From Lama guanicoe (lineage: Eukaryota): DNA of 64,000 bases. The translations under genes and the position numbers were made by a program. Shown here piece after piece: positions 38,411 to 50,910 of this stretch. Positions within the stretch are counted from its first letter, which is position 1; every line of letters begins with the position of its first letter. Under the pieces are notes generated by a model, which saw only the letters and a list, made by a program, of their open reading frames with translations, made no database searches and had not been told where the DNA came from. The stretch covers positions 9,348,898 to 9,412,897 of the forward strand of contig MU054212.1 in the NCBI GenBank assembly GCA_013239625.1. The letters are read 5' to 3'.

Positions 38411-41400
38411 CCTCCCTTCTAATCATGGTATACCTTTTGTACAAAAGTTAAATAGTTCTAAGAAGATATACTTCACATACAGAACGGCCTTTTCTTAACT
38501 TTGAATCTACTAGTAGTAGTAGGCTTTAGAATAATAGCAGCAATGCTGAAATGAGTGGGTAGGCGCATATTGTTTAATAGGCATTTTGAGTACCACTGAG
38601 AGATGTTTGTGTGCTGTGTAACAAAATTAGTTGTACATCAGGATGCTTTGATTCTGTGGTGTTAGAATAATGAACCACCTACTGTACTCTGAACTCAGTT
38701 ATGGAATCCACTTTATAATTTGTCTTCTATGGATTAAATCAGATCAAAGCAATGGCTGGTCATTTTTACCTTAATTCTTCTTCTAGCTTAAACAGAGGAT
38801 GAATAAAAAGTATGCCATTTGAAATTAATCTGAAATTCTATGGTATAGCTTCAGTGCTGTAACAATTCCACATAACTCCATAGCAACTCCCAATAATTGC
38901 AAGTATCAAATGTAAAAAGCTTTTCTTTCCAAAGTTAGGGCCCTACACTTTGCCCAGTTACCAGTTTTTGCTACCTCATAATTTCTTTATGTCATTCAGT
39001 ATATTTCCCCATTGGTTGCATATACTCCAAAATCAAGGCAGTCGCTGAGACTGTCATGTGGATTTTTCTCCCTTTTGCCCCACATGAGTCCAGTGAGAAA
39101 GGAAAAAAAAAAAATCAGGCTAAAACCTCATGATGAAGACTTTGGCTAGGACTTGGATTTATAAAGACAGTTGAAGGCATCCTGACCTTTCTCTTTGCAT
39201 CCTTGCAGGTAGTAACAGGACTTCTGGTTCTAGTTGGCCTCAGTCTTGAGGTGTAGCTTAGCCTGGACACATATTTGAAGATTTGTTTTTCTATGGCTTT
39301 CAGAATTGTCAAATACTCGTTTATTCTCTAGGTTTTATTTTAAACTAGAAATAATAAGTTATTTGCTATTTTGCAGTGTTTTTTTGCTATTCTTTGCTTT
39401 AGGGAATCTATGCTATGATGTCAAATTTTGAACATGACCAAGCCTAATTATTTTATTTCTTTTAATTTTACTTTGATTAGTTTTAACATGTAACAGTTTA
39501 CTCATACTTATATTTATATATTCTAGAAGAATGGTTCTTTGTTCATTAGAATTTCACCTTGCATATTACATTACATAGAAAGTGTGATGTATAATTTAAG
39601 AAAATCAGTTATAAAACATTTAAACCATGTGCGCTTAAATGTAGTGGCCCTTTCCCTACTTTCTGTTTGTGATATAACCTAGTCTGTCAGTTTATTTTAC
39701 ATCTTCAAGGGAGCATAGAGGAAAATACATGTAATATGAACCAAAGAAGGAAGTTTTATTGAAAGTAAGCTTCTGATGATGCTCCTTGTTTCTATGACAC
39801 AGGCCATATTTGACACCTCAGTGACCACAAATGTCTACAAGAGTCAATCTTTCGATATACATTAGAAGAAGTTTAAGATTTCATTTAAGTATTTCATTTA
39901 CTGTAATTACCTAAAACCCTGAAAGAGAAATTAGTAAGTGTGGAAAAGCAGCTCCTTGGCATATTTGGAGGCGTTTATTCTGAGGTGAGGAACAAAACTG
40001 AGATACTCCGTCTTGTATGCTTTTTGCTTGCAGAAAGCTTAAAACTGTTAATGATTTTGGGACTGGTTTCAAATTCTGCTTTTTAATTAGTGCATAAAAA
40101 TGATGAAAGTGTGTTCACTCTTAGATTTTCAGCACTCTGGTATATATGTTTTATGTCTGCACTAGGTGTTTTTATGCCTTTTCATAAATCTTTTTACCTC
40201 AAAAGGACAGACTTCTAGACTTCAATGTAGGGCAGAAACTCAGTCAAAAATTGAGGGTGCAAGAATAAGAAAGAAAAACAAAGCAGAGTTTCTTGGCCAG
40301 TTTTGTTAATTTTCTAGAGGGGAAATTAGGTTAAAGATAAAGTGGGTCTTTTCTTTGTTTTTTTGAGTCTTTGCAAGATTTTCCTAATCTCTGTGTTTCA
40401 GTCATTCAGTTTGATAGCACTTTTGACTGGAGTCCCAATTTTACACTTCTCTGCCACTGATAGTCATGTTTCTGCCCGGAAGTAAGGGATCTTTCCACTG
40501 CCATGATGATTAGTGATGTTGAGCACCTCTTTGTGTGCTTGTTTGCCATTTGTATGTCTTCTTTGTACGAAGTTCTGTTTAGGTTCTTTGCCATTTTTTA
40601 ATTGGGTTATTTGGGTTTTTTCTATTACTCAATAGTAATATTGTATGAGTTCTTGTGTATTTTGGATATTAACCCCATATCAGATACGTGGTTTGCAAAT
40701 ATTTTCTCCCACCTCACAGACTGCCTTTTCATTTTGTTGATGGTTTCCTTTGCTGTGCAGAAGCTTTTTAGTTTGTTGTGGTCTCATATTTTTGTTTTTG
40801 CTTTTGGTGTCAAATTCAGAACTCATTGCTAAGACCAATGCCAGGAAGCTTATGCTTGTATTTCCTTCTTGGATTTTTATGGTTTCAGGCCTTACATTCA
40901 AGTCTAATCCATTTTGAGTTGATTTTTGTATATGGTGTAAGATAGTGGTCCAGTTTGACTCTTTCGCATGTGGCTGTCCAGTTTTCCCAACACTATTTAT
41001 GGAAGAGACTATCCTTTCCTTGGGGTATATTCTTGGCTCCTTTGTCATAAATTAATTGACCATACATGCATGGGCTAATTTCTGGGAGCTCTGTTCTGTT
41101 CCATTGATCAATGTGTCTGTTTTAATGCCAGTACCATACTGTATTGATTGTTACACCTTTGTAATATAGTTTGGAATCAGGGAGCATGATTCTTCTCCAG
41201 CTTTGCTCTTCTTTCTCAAGGTTGTTTTGGCTATTTGGGGTCTTCTGTAGTTATTCTAGTACTGTATACAATAGCATTGGAAGTTGAATAGGAATTGCAC
41301 TGAATCTGTAGATCACTTTGGATAGTATGGACATTTTAACAGTATTAATTCTTCCAATCCATGAAATGGAATACTTTCCATTTATTTGTGTCTTCTTCAT

Positions 41401-41476
41401 TTTTTTCAATGTCTTATAATTTCAGTGTACAGATTTGTCACCACCTTCATTAAAATTATTCAAGTATTTTATTCTT

Positions 41477-41637
41477 TTTTTTAACATTTTTTATTGATTC
41501 ATAATCATTTTACAGTGTTGTGTCAAATTCCAGTGTTCAGCACAATTTTTCAGTCATTCATGGACATATACACACTCATTGTCACATTTTTTTCTCTGTG
41601 ATTTATCATAACATTTTGTGTATATTTCCCTGTGCTA
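41477..41637 (-). mobile_element. Young 5'-truncated L1 3' end (camelid-like) with 15-bp TSD
   Basis: Perfect flanking repeat AAGTATTTTATTCTT at 41462-41476 and 41638-41652; T-tail on the left. Confidence 0.88.
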
Positions 41638-41695
41638 AAGTATTTTATTCTTGTTGATGCTATGGTAAATGCAGTTATTTTTCTTAATTTCTCTA

Positions 41696-41898
41696 TTTTA
41701 ATCAAAATATAGTTAATTTACAATGCTGTGTTGATTTCTGGTGTATGGCATAGTGATTCAGATATGCATACACATACATATTCTTTTTCATTGTGAGTTG
41801 TTATAAGATATCGAATATAGTTCCCTGTGCTATGCAGGATGACTTGTTGTTTATCTGTTTTATATATACTGTTTTATATATACTAATCTCAAACTCCT
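41696..41898 (-). mobile_element. Second truncated L1 3' end (cetartiodactyl type) with a 14-bp internal tandem duplication
   Basis: atagttaatttacaatgctgtg...catagtgattcag...tatagttccctgtgctat; ctgttttatatata twice at 41855-41882. Confidence 0.8.
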
Positions 41899-42100
41899 TT
41901 GATTTCCTTTTTTTTTGATAGTTTGTTTGTGATATATAGAAATAAATAGAATTGGTTTTTGTACATTGATTTTTATTGAATTTGTTTATTAGTTCTTAAG
42001 AGTTTTTTGGTGGAGTCTTCAGGCTTTTCTATATATGGTATCATGTCATCTGCAAATAGAGATAATTTTATTTCTTCCTTTCTGATTTGGATGCCTTTTG

Positions 42101-42243
42101 CAGTCAGCTCCTGTTATCCATTGGGAGATGGTTCCAGAACCCCTACAGATACCATGGATGCTCAAGTCCCTTATATAAAATGGTATAATAAAGTCAACCC
42201 TGTGTCCTCAGATACAGAACCCATGGATACAGAGAGCCAATTG
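42101..42243. mobile_element. Internally deleted MER2-like TcMar-Tigger element
   Basis: cagtcagctcctgttatcc ... ggatacagagagccaattg TIRs; ggatgctcaagtcccttatataaaatgg; TA on the right, TG on the left. Confidence 0.8.
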
Positions 42244-42580
42244 TATTTTTCTTGCCTAATTGTTCTGGCTAGCACTTCTAGTGGAAACAAATTTTTTTAT
42301 TTAATAAATCAGTGAAAATAACAAGGGTAAAGCTTGGGGAGACTAAAAGTATATGTCATTGCAATATGATAAAATAAGATCTGTAGTAACTGTGTGCTTT
42401 TATTTAAATATTAGTCCAAGTTAGTTTTCAAAGGTCTAATCGCTCTCAAGACCAGTGATCTTAGAGACCACTTCTTGCTGGAGGTCAAGTGATTCTGACT
42501 CATCATTTCTTCCACCTGTTTCTTTCAAAACCCCTGGGAAGCTGCAGCCATAGTTTTTCTAGTTATCAGCTAGGCTATTG

Positions 42581-42785
42581 CAGGGCTTGAAACTAGAGCC
42601 TGTAGGTCATGTCCAGGCTACTGCCTCGTTTTGTAAATTAGGCTTTTTTGAAACATGCTTACTTGGTTATGCATTGTCTATGGCTGCTTTTGCACCACAA
42701 GGCAGAGTTGTTCAGTTGCGAGAGACCATGTGGTCCGCAAAATGTAAAATACTATCTGGACTTTTAGGAAAATTTTGCCAAAGGT
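42581..42785. mobile_element. MER58A-like hAT-Charlie DNA transposon
   Basis: attgtctatggctgctttt...ggcagagttg...gagaccatgtggtccgcaaa...tactatctgg. Confidence 0.85.
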
Positions 42786-43424
42786 TGGGTGGAAGTCGTC
42801 CACCCTAAGTAAGATCTCTAAGTCCAAACAGGTCTCCCTTTTCTGTCTTAGTCTCTCTTGTTGTGTTTTTATTACCCAGCACAGTTGTTTATTTTGTTTT
42901 TCCTCTATTGCTGATTCTGATCTTTAACACTACTTATATTCAGAATTCCAGCATTTCAGTTCAGGAATTTGTAGCTTTATCTTTCTGAGGAAAGCAAAAC
43001 ATTGTAGTTCTATCAGTGAATTAGGAAGAAATTTATTTATTTTTTTGTTTTACTTGTGCACTTTTGTTTGTTTTTAACATTTATTGGTCATTCTGTTTGC
43101 CTGAGCATACATATTTTCTTCCTCACTGCATTTTTCTTTATTCTGTTTTCCTATTCCCTTTTCCCTTTCTCCTCTCCCCCAGACCTGAAGCACATTTGGA
43201 GTTCCTTTGGTGTAAGCCTTTCAGTTTATATCTTAAGGAAAAGAGCATCTCCCCACTTGTGAACAGCTGCCCAGATAATGCCATCTTTGCCATCCCTGAT
43301 AGCATATGACTGACTATCTGATGCCTATGTTATCTGGAGCCATGTAGTTGGTTAGTTGGGATTTTCGTTTTGGTTTGGTTTTGTTATGAACTTGTAAAGA
43401 ACAGATCAAGGAGAGAAGAAAACT

Positions 43425-43700
43425 TGCGACTAGGAGATTAATAAGTGCTGGAGCTCTAATGCATGGTATGGTGAATATAGACAACAATATTGTATTATAA
43501 TTATCAAACTTGCCGAGAGAATAGATCTTAATTATTCCCATCACAAAAAAGATATGATAATTATGTGACATGATAGAGGCACTAACTCGCTACAGTGCAA
43601 TCATATTGCAATATATAAATGTATCAAATTAACATGTTTTTGTACACCTTACACTTATACAGTGTAATATATCAAATATATTTGATTTAAAAAAAAACAT
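43425..43700 (+). mobile_element. L1 3' end (L1MA9-like) with A-tail
   Basis: ctaatgcatggtatggtgaatatag...tacaccttacacttatacagtg...aaaaaaaaaa. Confidence 0.85.
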
Positions 43701-44549
43701 ATACACACGCACAAAATAGGGAGAGAGAAGGCTGTATCCCTCAGCACCTTGCAGCTCCTCGTCCTACTGAAGCAGCCAGGCTAGGCTGTGTCAAGTGTAT
43801 ACTCTGTGTGTGCCTTTTTGGAGGTCAGGGAAGATAACATCTGAGAACAGGGGACATTTTACCAGAGAATTGCTGGGAACTTGGCACTTAAAATTATATG
43901 GCAATGTGTATGTATTAATGAACTTTACACCGGTTTTCAGTAAGAATCTGTGATAAATGGTCCTATCGCACCAAATCTTATAAAGGGACCATTACTAAAC
44001 CTTTTCTTCTGTAGGTTTTAATTCATTGTAACCAGGACACTCGGTTTTGTGCTTTTATATACAATTGGGGAAGAAGCATTAACTCTTTGTAGTTTTTTAG
44101 AATGTTTATCTAGTTAATAAATACGTTTATTTTATTTATGTTTGTTTATTGTCCAATTAATGAGATATGTCTTAGATACTACATAAGCATGAGTTGCTAG
44201 GGTTTTTATTACCCATTTGTCTGCTGTTTTGCATGTATAAGTGAAAAAGCATGTTTTATATTTTGTATATACTTAAATTTGAAACCCTGCCTTTTTAGGA
44301 ATTAATATTTAGTCATATTTAATCACTTTTATCCCAGACATCTTTCGTGGCTTTTCTATCCATTCTTATCCATGTGGACTGTGTTCTAACGAGGTTAGAC
44401 AGAGGAACAAAGTGGCAGCACATTTTTTTGTAAATAAGCATTCCAGTTAATTCACTGTAAAAGAGCTATACTTTGGTGGCTTTTCTTAACTCTACAGAAG
44501 TGCAAAATAGGCAGAGATGAAGCCTGGGACTTCGTCTTAGCAGTTTAGC

Positions 44550-44700
44550 ACAGTGCTTCTCAGGCTCCAGCAGTCCCCTGCACAGCCGGAGAAAATGCAG
44601 ACTGACCCGTGTCCGGGGAGGGCCCCAGGATTTTGCATTTCTTAGAAGCTCCCAGGTGATACCAGTGCTGTTGTTGATGGCCTACTCTTAGACTTTCCTA
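44550..44700. mobile_element. MER5A-like hAT-Charlie element
   Basis: gggccccaggattttgcatttctt...agctcccaggtgat. Confidence 0.7.
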
Positions 44701-45483
44701 CTAGACAGTAAGTTTTTCTTTATTTATAGCAGGTTGATGATGCAGAAGGTTAAACCCAGGGTAGGCAAACTGCTAATGTTAAAGTATGCCCTGATCAGGA
44801 AGGTATGCAGTTGACAAAGCTTGCTGTCATTGTGAAGCACTAGGTATAAGCCAGAATAGTAACTAAGTGAAGAACTATGAATTCCTGGAGGTTTTACTGA
44901 CTTCCCTTGTATCTGAATGCAATACTGGTATTTTTCAGAAAAATGGAAAACCTTTAAGAAACTGCATTTATCATTCATTGGCGAGAACAGCTCTGTGGAC
45001 TCGTGTTCCCTTGAACCCCAGTCTCTCTCCTTCATGGATTGCTCATTTTTCTTATGCAGCTTTTTGGCTAATTCAGGTTTTGAGTGACATATGAACATAA
45101 AACAGGTAGTAATCCTGACTGTTTTTTGAGTCAGTTGGACCTGTTCTCACCTCGGACTTCTGGAAAGTATTTGGTTGTTAAATCACAGCAGAGGCACAAA
45201 TCATTTGATATGATTGACAGCTTGAATGGGAAAAGTGGTAGTGTGTGTATATACATGTATATAATTTTGTATTATGTATATATATTTTTCCCTCTTTAAT
45301 TCTTATAAACGTCCATAACTGAGGAGAGAGCCTTTCTAAAAGGAGATAGAAAAAGCAATACTTTCATGAAAATGAACACATAAAACACATTTTTTAAGCT
45401 TACAAAATTTAGGTTATTATTTATTAATACTATTGTCATATACACAAATACAGTAAAGGCAGACATTTTTACTATTTATTGTA

Positions 45484-46050
45484 CAGTTAGTTCTGCTATA
45501 AGGAGACATATGTGTTCATAAAACTCACAGTATGCAAAATCATGTCCCCAAAAGCCCACTTCACTTACAGGAAAAACAGGTTTAGTGGCACAACATTCAA
45601 AAATCTCATCAGTGAAGCATGTTTTCAAAAACAATCTAATAAAAATGATAGTGTAGTTTTACACATATTAAATAATTAAATGCATAAATACTACAATAAA
45701 TATGATACTTTACCTTGGAAATACCTGAAGTATGCTGGTGATGGACATTGAAAGGGTTGCAGCTTGGGAGTTGTTTGTGGTAGACGAGTTACTGAGATTG
45801 GATGGAAAGTTTTCACACCAGATATAGGTGGGTGTGGCATGCAGCGCAGGGTGAACCACCTTAGCTGGTAGATATTTGAGGTGTGAGGCATGTAGATGTG
45901 CTTTTGTGTGTTCCTACTGGGTTTGGGTCAGCTGAGTGTCATTTTCTGCATGCACTGAGTGTTTCTCATGGGTGAGACTCCCGTTGTGCTCAGATTGTTT
46001 TCAAATACATCAAATACAGTGAAACAAATCTGTGTTTTCAAAACTGACAG
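45484..46050. mobile_element. Old TcMar-Tigger non-autonomous element
   Basis: TA|cagttagttctgctataa left TIR; degenerate right TIR aaaactgacag. Confidence 0.6.
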
Positions 46051-46094
46051 TGTATAAAATTTCACTCTCCTGGAGAAATGACTTTTTATTTTAT

Positions 46095-46128
46095 TGCAAT
46101 TCAGCTGCACAGGCACCAGGGGGAGTAG
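46095..46128 (+). promoter_or_regulatory. Candidate CTCF site with upstream module
   Basis: TGCAATTC upstream motif at plausible spacing from core GGCACCAGGGGGAG. Confidence 0.5.
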
Positions 46129-48279
46129 TAGGTTCACATTTCGCAGCGGCACTGACCAGTGCTGTTCTCAGTTTTGCAGCTGCACATATGGTAGATTATT
46201 ATCATTTTATGCTTACAGTTATAAGCAATTTGGTAGAAAGTGACAGCTAAATTGTGCAGTGTTACTTTTATTTGTTTTAATTTTGTAATCTAAATATATA
46301 TATTTTAATGAGGAAACAAAAGGCAGAATGATTTTTAGTTGTAGGAGTAACCCTGCCTGTGGCTTAGCTGTGTGCTACCCAGTGGAGCTAGCATTTCATT
46401 TTTAGTTGATCTCTTGTGTGTGATAGAAAGTGAAACATATAGCTGAGAGGTTATCCTGGGTTATTCTGGGGAGTGAATGTTTTTAGCTACATTATCATGA
46501 CACTTACTACTTATTAAAAGGGAGATTTTGCTGGCAATTAGATTGAAAGATACATAAATTCAAAAAAACCTCTACCATTTCCTAGAAACATAGAACATTC
46601 CCAGATTTTATTCCAGAAGACATCCCTAGAAATGATGCCAAAGCAAATTTACTTCCCTGAGCCCTATCAGAATTTGGTATAGCGTTATGTAGAGTGCTCA
46701 CTGGTTACAGGCATCATGGCCCATTGGCATCTATAAATAAAATCTGTTTTTGAATTGAAGGAATGGGCCAGGGAAAAAATGTGCACAGTGCCTACCTTGT
46801 TTGTTTGAGACTTGTCTATTCAAAGGGAGTGTCAGATAATTGGTACCTAATACTTGTGTGAAGGTCACTGTAATCCATCTCTGAACACATCTCTACTGTA
46901 AAATAATAGATTTGCCTTGAGTAAAGGCACATTTTGTTCATAGCATTTATTTAAGTATACAACTTTTGTTATTAAGTCTTCCTTAGGCATTTCGTTGGCT
47001 TGCTCAGCATTAATACCTGTCGATACCCATATGGTGATCACCATATCTTAAAACGGTCTGTCATTTCTATGTGGTCTCCGTATTCAGAGTCATGACCTGA
47101 ACTGAGGGGCAGATACATACAACCTGCTTGATCATTGAAAATCTTAAATTCAATGAAGTAATGTAGTGCATGTAATCTTTGTTCCATTAGTACAAATAGG
47201 TCATATTAGTGATTTTACCAGGGTGAGAAGTTTTTTAGCATTTTTCATTGCTTTCAAGTCATTTTAAAACAATTGTTGCACAAGTGGTATAGATGAAATT
47301 AGAAAACAATTCATCTGGGGATTGGAAAACTGAATACTACTGTAATCTAACTGATGCCAGTTGGAGACAAAGGAGAAATTTTATTTTGATGGATAACATA
47401 GTCCTTAATTTTATTCAGTGTGACTTCTTTTGTTGTATCTAGGCATCTTAACCTAATTCATTTGTATTACAGCATATGTCATTTTGGATTCACTTCAGAG
47501 GGTAATCAAGTCAGGAACTGATCATGCAGTAGTATTCTCTAGTAAAGTAAATTTCATGTTTCTTTCAAATGAAACTGGTATGTATTAGTGCTTTATAATA
47601 AAATGACATAACTCAGCAACAGTTCAACATGATTCGACATACAACAAAGGAGCAATAAGTAAGAAAAAAGCAGGATGGACCAGTAACTCAGAAACCAGAA
47701 AAGGAGATCCTTTGAAGAGGGAGAAAGTGTCCTGCAAGGAGGATAAAATCAGGTTGTTAAATTTAGCAATTAATAGATTAGAGGATATTTGTCAAGAATA
47801 CAGTGTAAATAAAGTGACAGGACAGGAAAACATTATTTTGGGTCAAAAATTAAATTGGACATGAGAAATAGAGATAATGAATATAGATTAATTTTATAGA
47901 GTTTTGGTAACAATGTGGAGGAGGGAGAGATGTTGGCTTCTCAAGAACAAGGTATTATTTGAGGAGAATGTTTCTTAGGATACACTTAGTTGAAGGCTGA
48001 GATCTTGGGAAAGATAGAATAATTCATAGGACATTATCTGAATGATAAATAAGACGGTGAAGTCAGGAACACAGATGGAGAAGTTTGTCTTAGAAAACAT
48101 TCATTCATTCACTTACTCATTCACTAACATTTATTGAACGACAAGACCTGCGGGAACGATATGTTGAAATGGAAGTTGGGGATATTTAACAAGGTCATGC
48201 TGGCCATTCCTTTTTTCAGTGAAATAGGATGTGCTTAAAAATGCATAAATTTTTTGCTTCCAAATGCATTTGCTAAAGG

Positions 48280-49330
48280 TATTTCCATTCCATTTTAAAT
48301 CTTTTTAAATCCACATCAGACATTGTTATAATTTATATGTTTCAACTGCCAAACATAATTTAGAAAATTTAAGAGGGGAAGTAAAGTCTGCTCATCCATA
48401 TTTGTATTCTTTCTGTTCCTTCTTCCTTCCTTTATCATTTCTTTCCTATTTAGAGAATCTTCAGCCATTCTTTCAGAACAGATAGAAAACTCTTAGTTGT
48501 CCTTCACCTGAGAATTTATTGATTTCTCCTGCATTTCTGAGGGATATTTTTGCTGGATATTAGAATTCTAGAGTTGATAGTTCTTTTCTCTCAGCACTTG
48601 AAGAATGTGCCATTTCCTTCTGACCTTCCTGTATTGTGATGAAAATCCATTGTCATTCAGCTTTTTCCTTCTTTAAATAAGATATTACTTCTCTGTTGCT
48701 TTTAAGACTTTTCTTCATCTTTAATTTTCAGAAGTTTGATTTATAAGGTATCTTGGCATGGATTTCTTTGCATTTATCCTGTTTGGGTTTCACTCAGCTT
48801 CTTGACTATAGGTTTATGTTTCTTGCCAACTTTGGGGAATTTTCAGGTGTTAGTTCTTCATACATTTTTCCAATTCCACCTTCTTTCTGCTCTCTTTTTG
48901 GGACTCCAGTGACATGAGTGCTAGATCTTCTATTATAGTCCCATAGGTTCCTGAGGCTCTGCTCATTTTCTTTTTCTGTTTTCTCTGTGATGTTCATATT
49001 GGGTAATGTGTATTGTTTCATCTTCAGCTTCACTTAATTTTCTCCTGTGTCCTCTCCATTCTATTGTTAGGCCCATTCAGTAAGCTTTTTATTCTGGTGA
49101 TTGTATTTTTCAGTTCTTAAATTTCCATTTGATTGTTCTTTATACTTCCTGGTTTTTTTGTCTGTTTGTTTGTTTTTTGCTGAGACTTACCACCTTGTCT
49201 CCATCTTTTAGGGTCTTCCTATGTTTGTTTTGTGGATGATGTCTGGGGCTTTTAACTGTCCTCAGTGAGAGGAATAGGGAAAATTATATTTGTTCCATCT
49301 TGTCTGGAACCAGAAATCCCATTGTACTTA
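48280..49330 (-). mobile_element. Old L1 ORF1 fragment
   Basis: Minus peptide NEQSLRNLWDY...VTGVP...ENSPKLA matches L1 ORF1p (NEQSLQEIWDY...IGVP...ENFPNLA). Confidence 0.88.
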
Positions 49331-50769
49331 TTTTACTTTTTTCTTGAATTTTTTTTCTTTCTACTGACAATGATTCAATTTTCTGTATATATCCTGTTAT
49401 ATTTAAATGTGTTACCTTAGTCCATCAGATATTTTCCATCCCAGTGCAGAATGCGTGAATTGATTTAGCTAAGAATGATTTTTAAAAAACAAAAAAATCA
49501 CCGCTAGACAGAGTCTATATATATACAGTTTCTGCCTCCTAGTTGAATTGCTTAAAGCAGTCTAAGAAGAGCATAGAAATCATTGGCCAATCTGTTCATT
49601 ACTTTTGAATTTTATTGTAGATTCGGTTCTCTATTTTTAAGCATATATAGATTAAAAACCTAGGTCTCAGGAATTGTCCTTTTAAATGTGGCCTCTTGAA
49701 TTAATTTATTTAGTGGTCAATTTTGTTAAAAAAAGGTAAGGCAAAACCTAACTCCTTGATTTTAATGATGCTGTAAAACTTTTCTCCGTGTGTATTTTGG
49801 GCTATTTCTCTATAATTTTTACTGAGTGGATGGTCAAGCAAATAATCTGGTTCTTTACCAGTTTTTAAAATACCAATTCTGCTAACCAGTCCACATAAGC
49901 TTACTTATATTTAAGGAACCAGTGAAATGAAGTTGTTCATAAAATATTTTATTATCTTCAGCCTTTGCAGCATTTGCTGAGTTTAAATAATAAACCTGCA
50001 CGTAGACATTACTTAATTTTTCTCTTTGCAATAATTAACATTTGTGAGCAGTAGCTTAGTCATTTTCAAAGAGGGAAGAAATGAGATTCTTACTACTTTT
50101 TACAATTTAACCTTAAAATGTTAGATGTGATTCCATTCTATAAGAATTCTTCTTTTTCACCCTAGTTATGAACACTTTTATGGACACTGTTTGATTTTTT
50201 TGCTTAGAATTATTACATTGATCATATTTTCATACTACATTAAAAGTGCGAGCAACTCTGGTGAGAATGAGGTTTCCCAAGGCCATAGCTAATGGTCTGC
50301 AGCGTTGAACTGAATTTGGAAATTATACTGTAAACTTAGGCTAAAAAGTGTGCTTGGGCAAGGTAGAGGATGGATATCTACTTGAAAGTAGAAGAGAGAA
50401 AATTTGATTGTTTATTTTTTCCTGTGGACTCTTCCCCAATATAAATTTTCAAGCCCCACAGGTAATACTGGCTAATTGTTACGCCTTCGGTAGTCAGCCA
50501 CAACAGAAATGTTATACTGCTCTGAAAATGTAGAGTGCTCCTTTCTTCTGAAGAAGAAAATGGGTTATTTCGCATCTCACATTTTATTTGCCGTATGCTT
50601 CTTTCCAAAACAAACAGTCGACTGAAAGGGAGAAGAAACAGTGTCATGTTGTTAGGATGAATTACAGGGAGGAAGCATAGGCATCCAATAATGTATTAAA
50701 GTTCAGCATAAAGGGGGAGGATGGGCTTCCGCTGATTCGGAGGAGGGGCAGGCCTCAGAGATGATGTGC

Positions 50770-50910
50770 ACACTCAAAGTGTGGTCCCTGGACCAGCAAT
50801 CAGCGTCACTCAGAAGCTTGTTAGAAACATAGACTCTTAGGCCCTGCCTCAGAGCTAGTGAATCGGTGTCTGCTGTCTAACCGGATTCACGGGTGACTGC
50901 TGTGTACAGT
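50770..50910. mobile_element. MER5A hAT-Charlie element
   Basis: ctcaaagtgtggtccctggaccagca...gcttgttagaaacatagactcttaggccc. Confidence 0.85.

Larger units (their letters stand above)
40503..42280 (-). mobile_element. L1 ORF2 fragment hosting three nested insertions
   Basis: Antisense ORF2 text (gctgtgcagaagctttttagttt, tcatgtcatctgcaaatag); minus ORF contains [10 protein letters not shown]. Confidence 0.9.
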
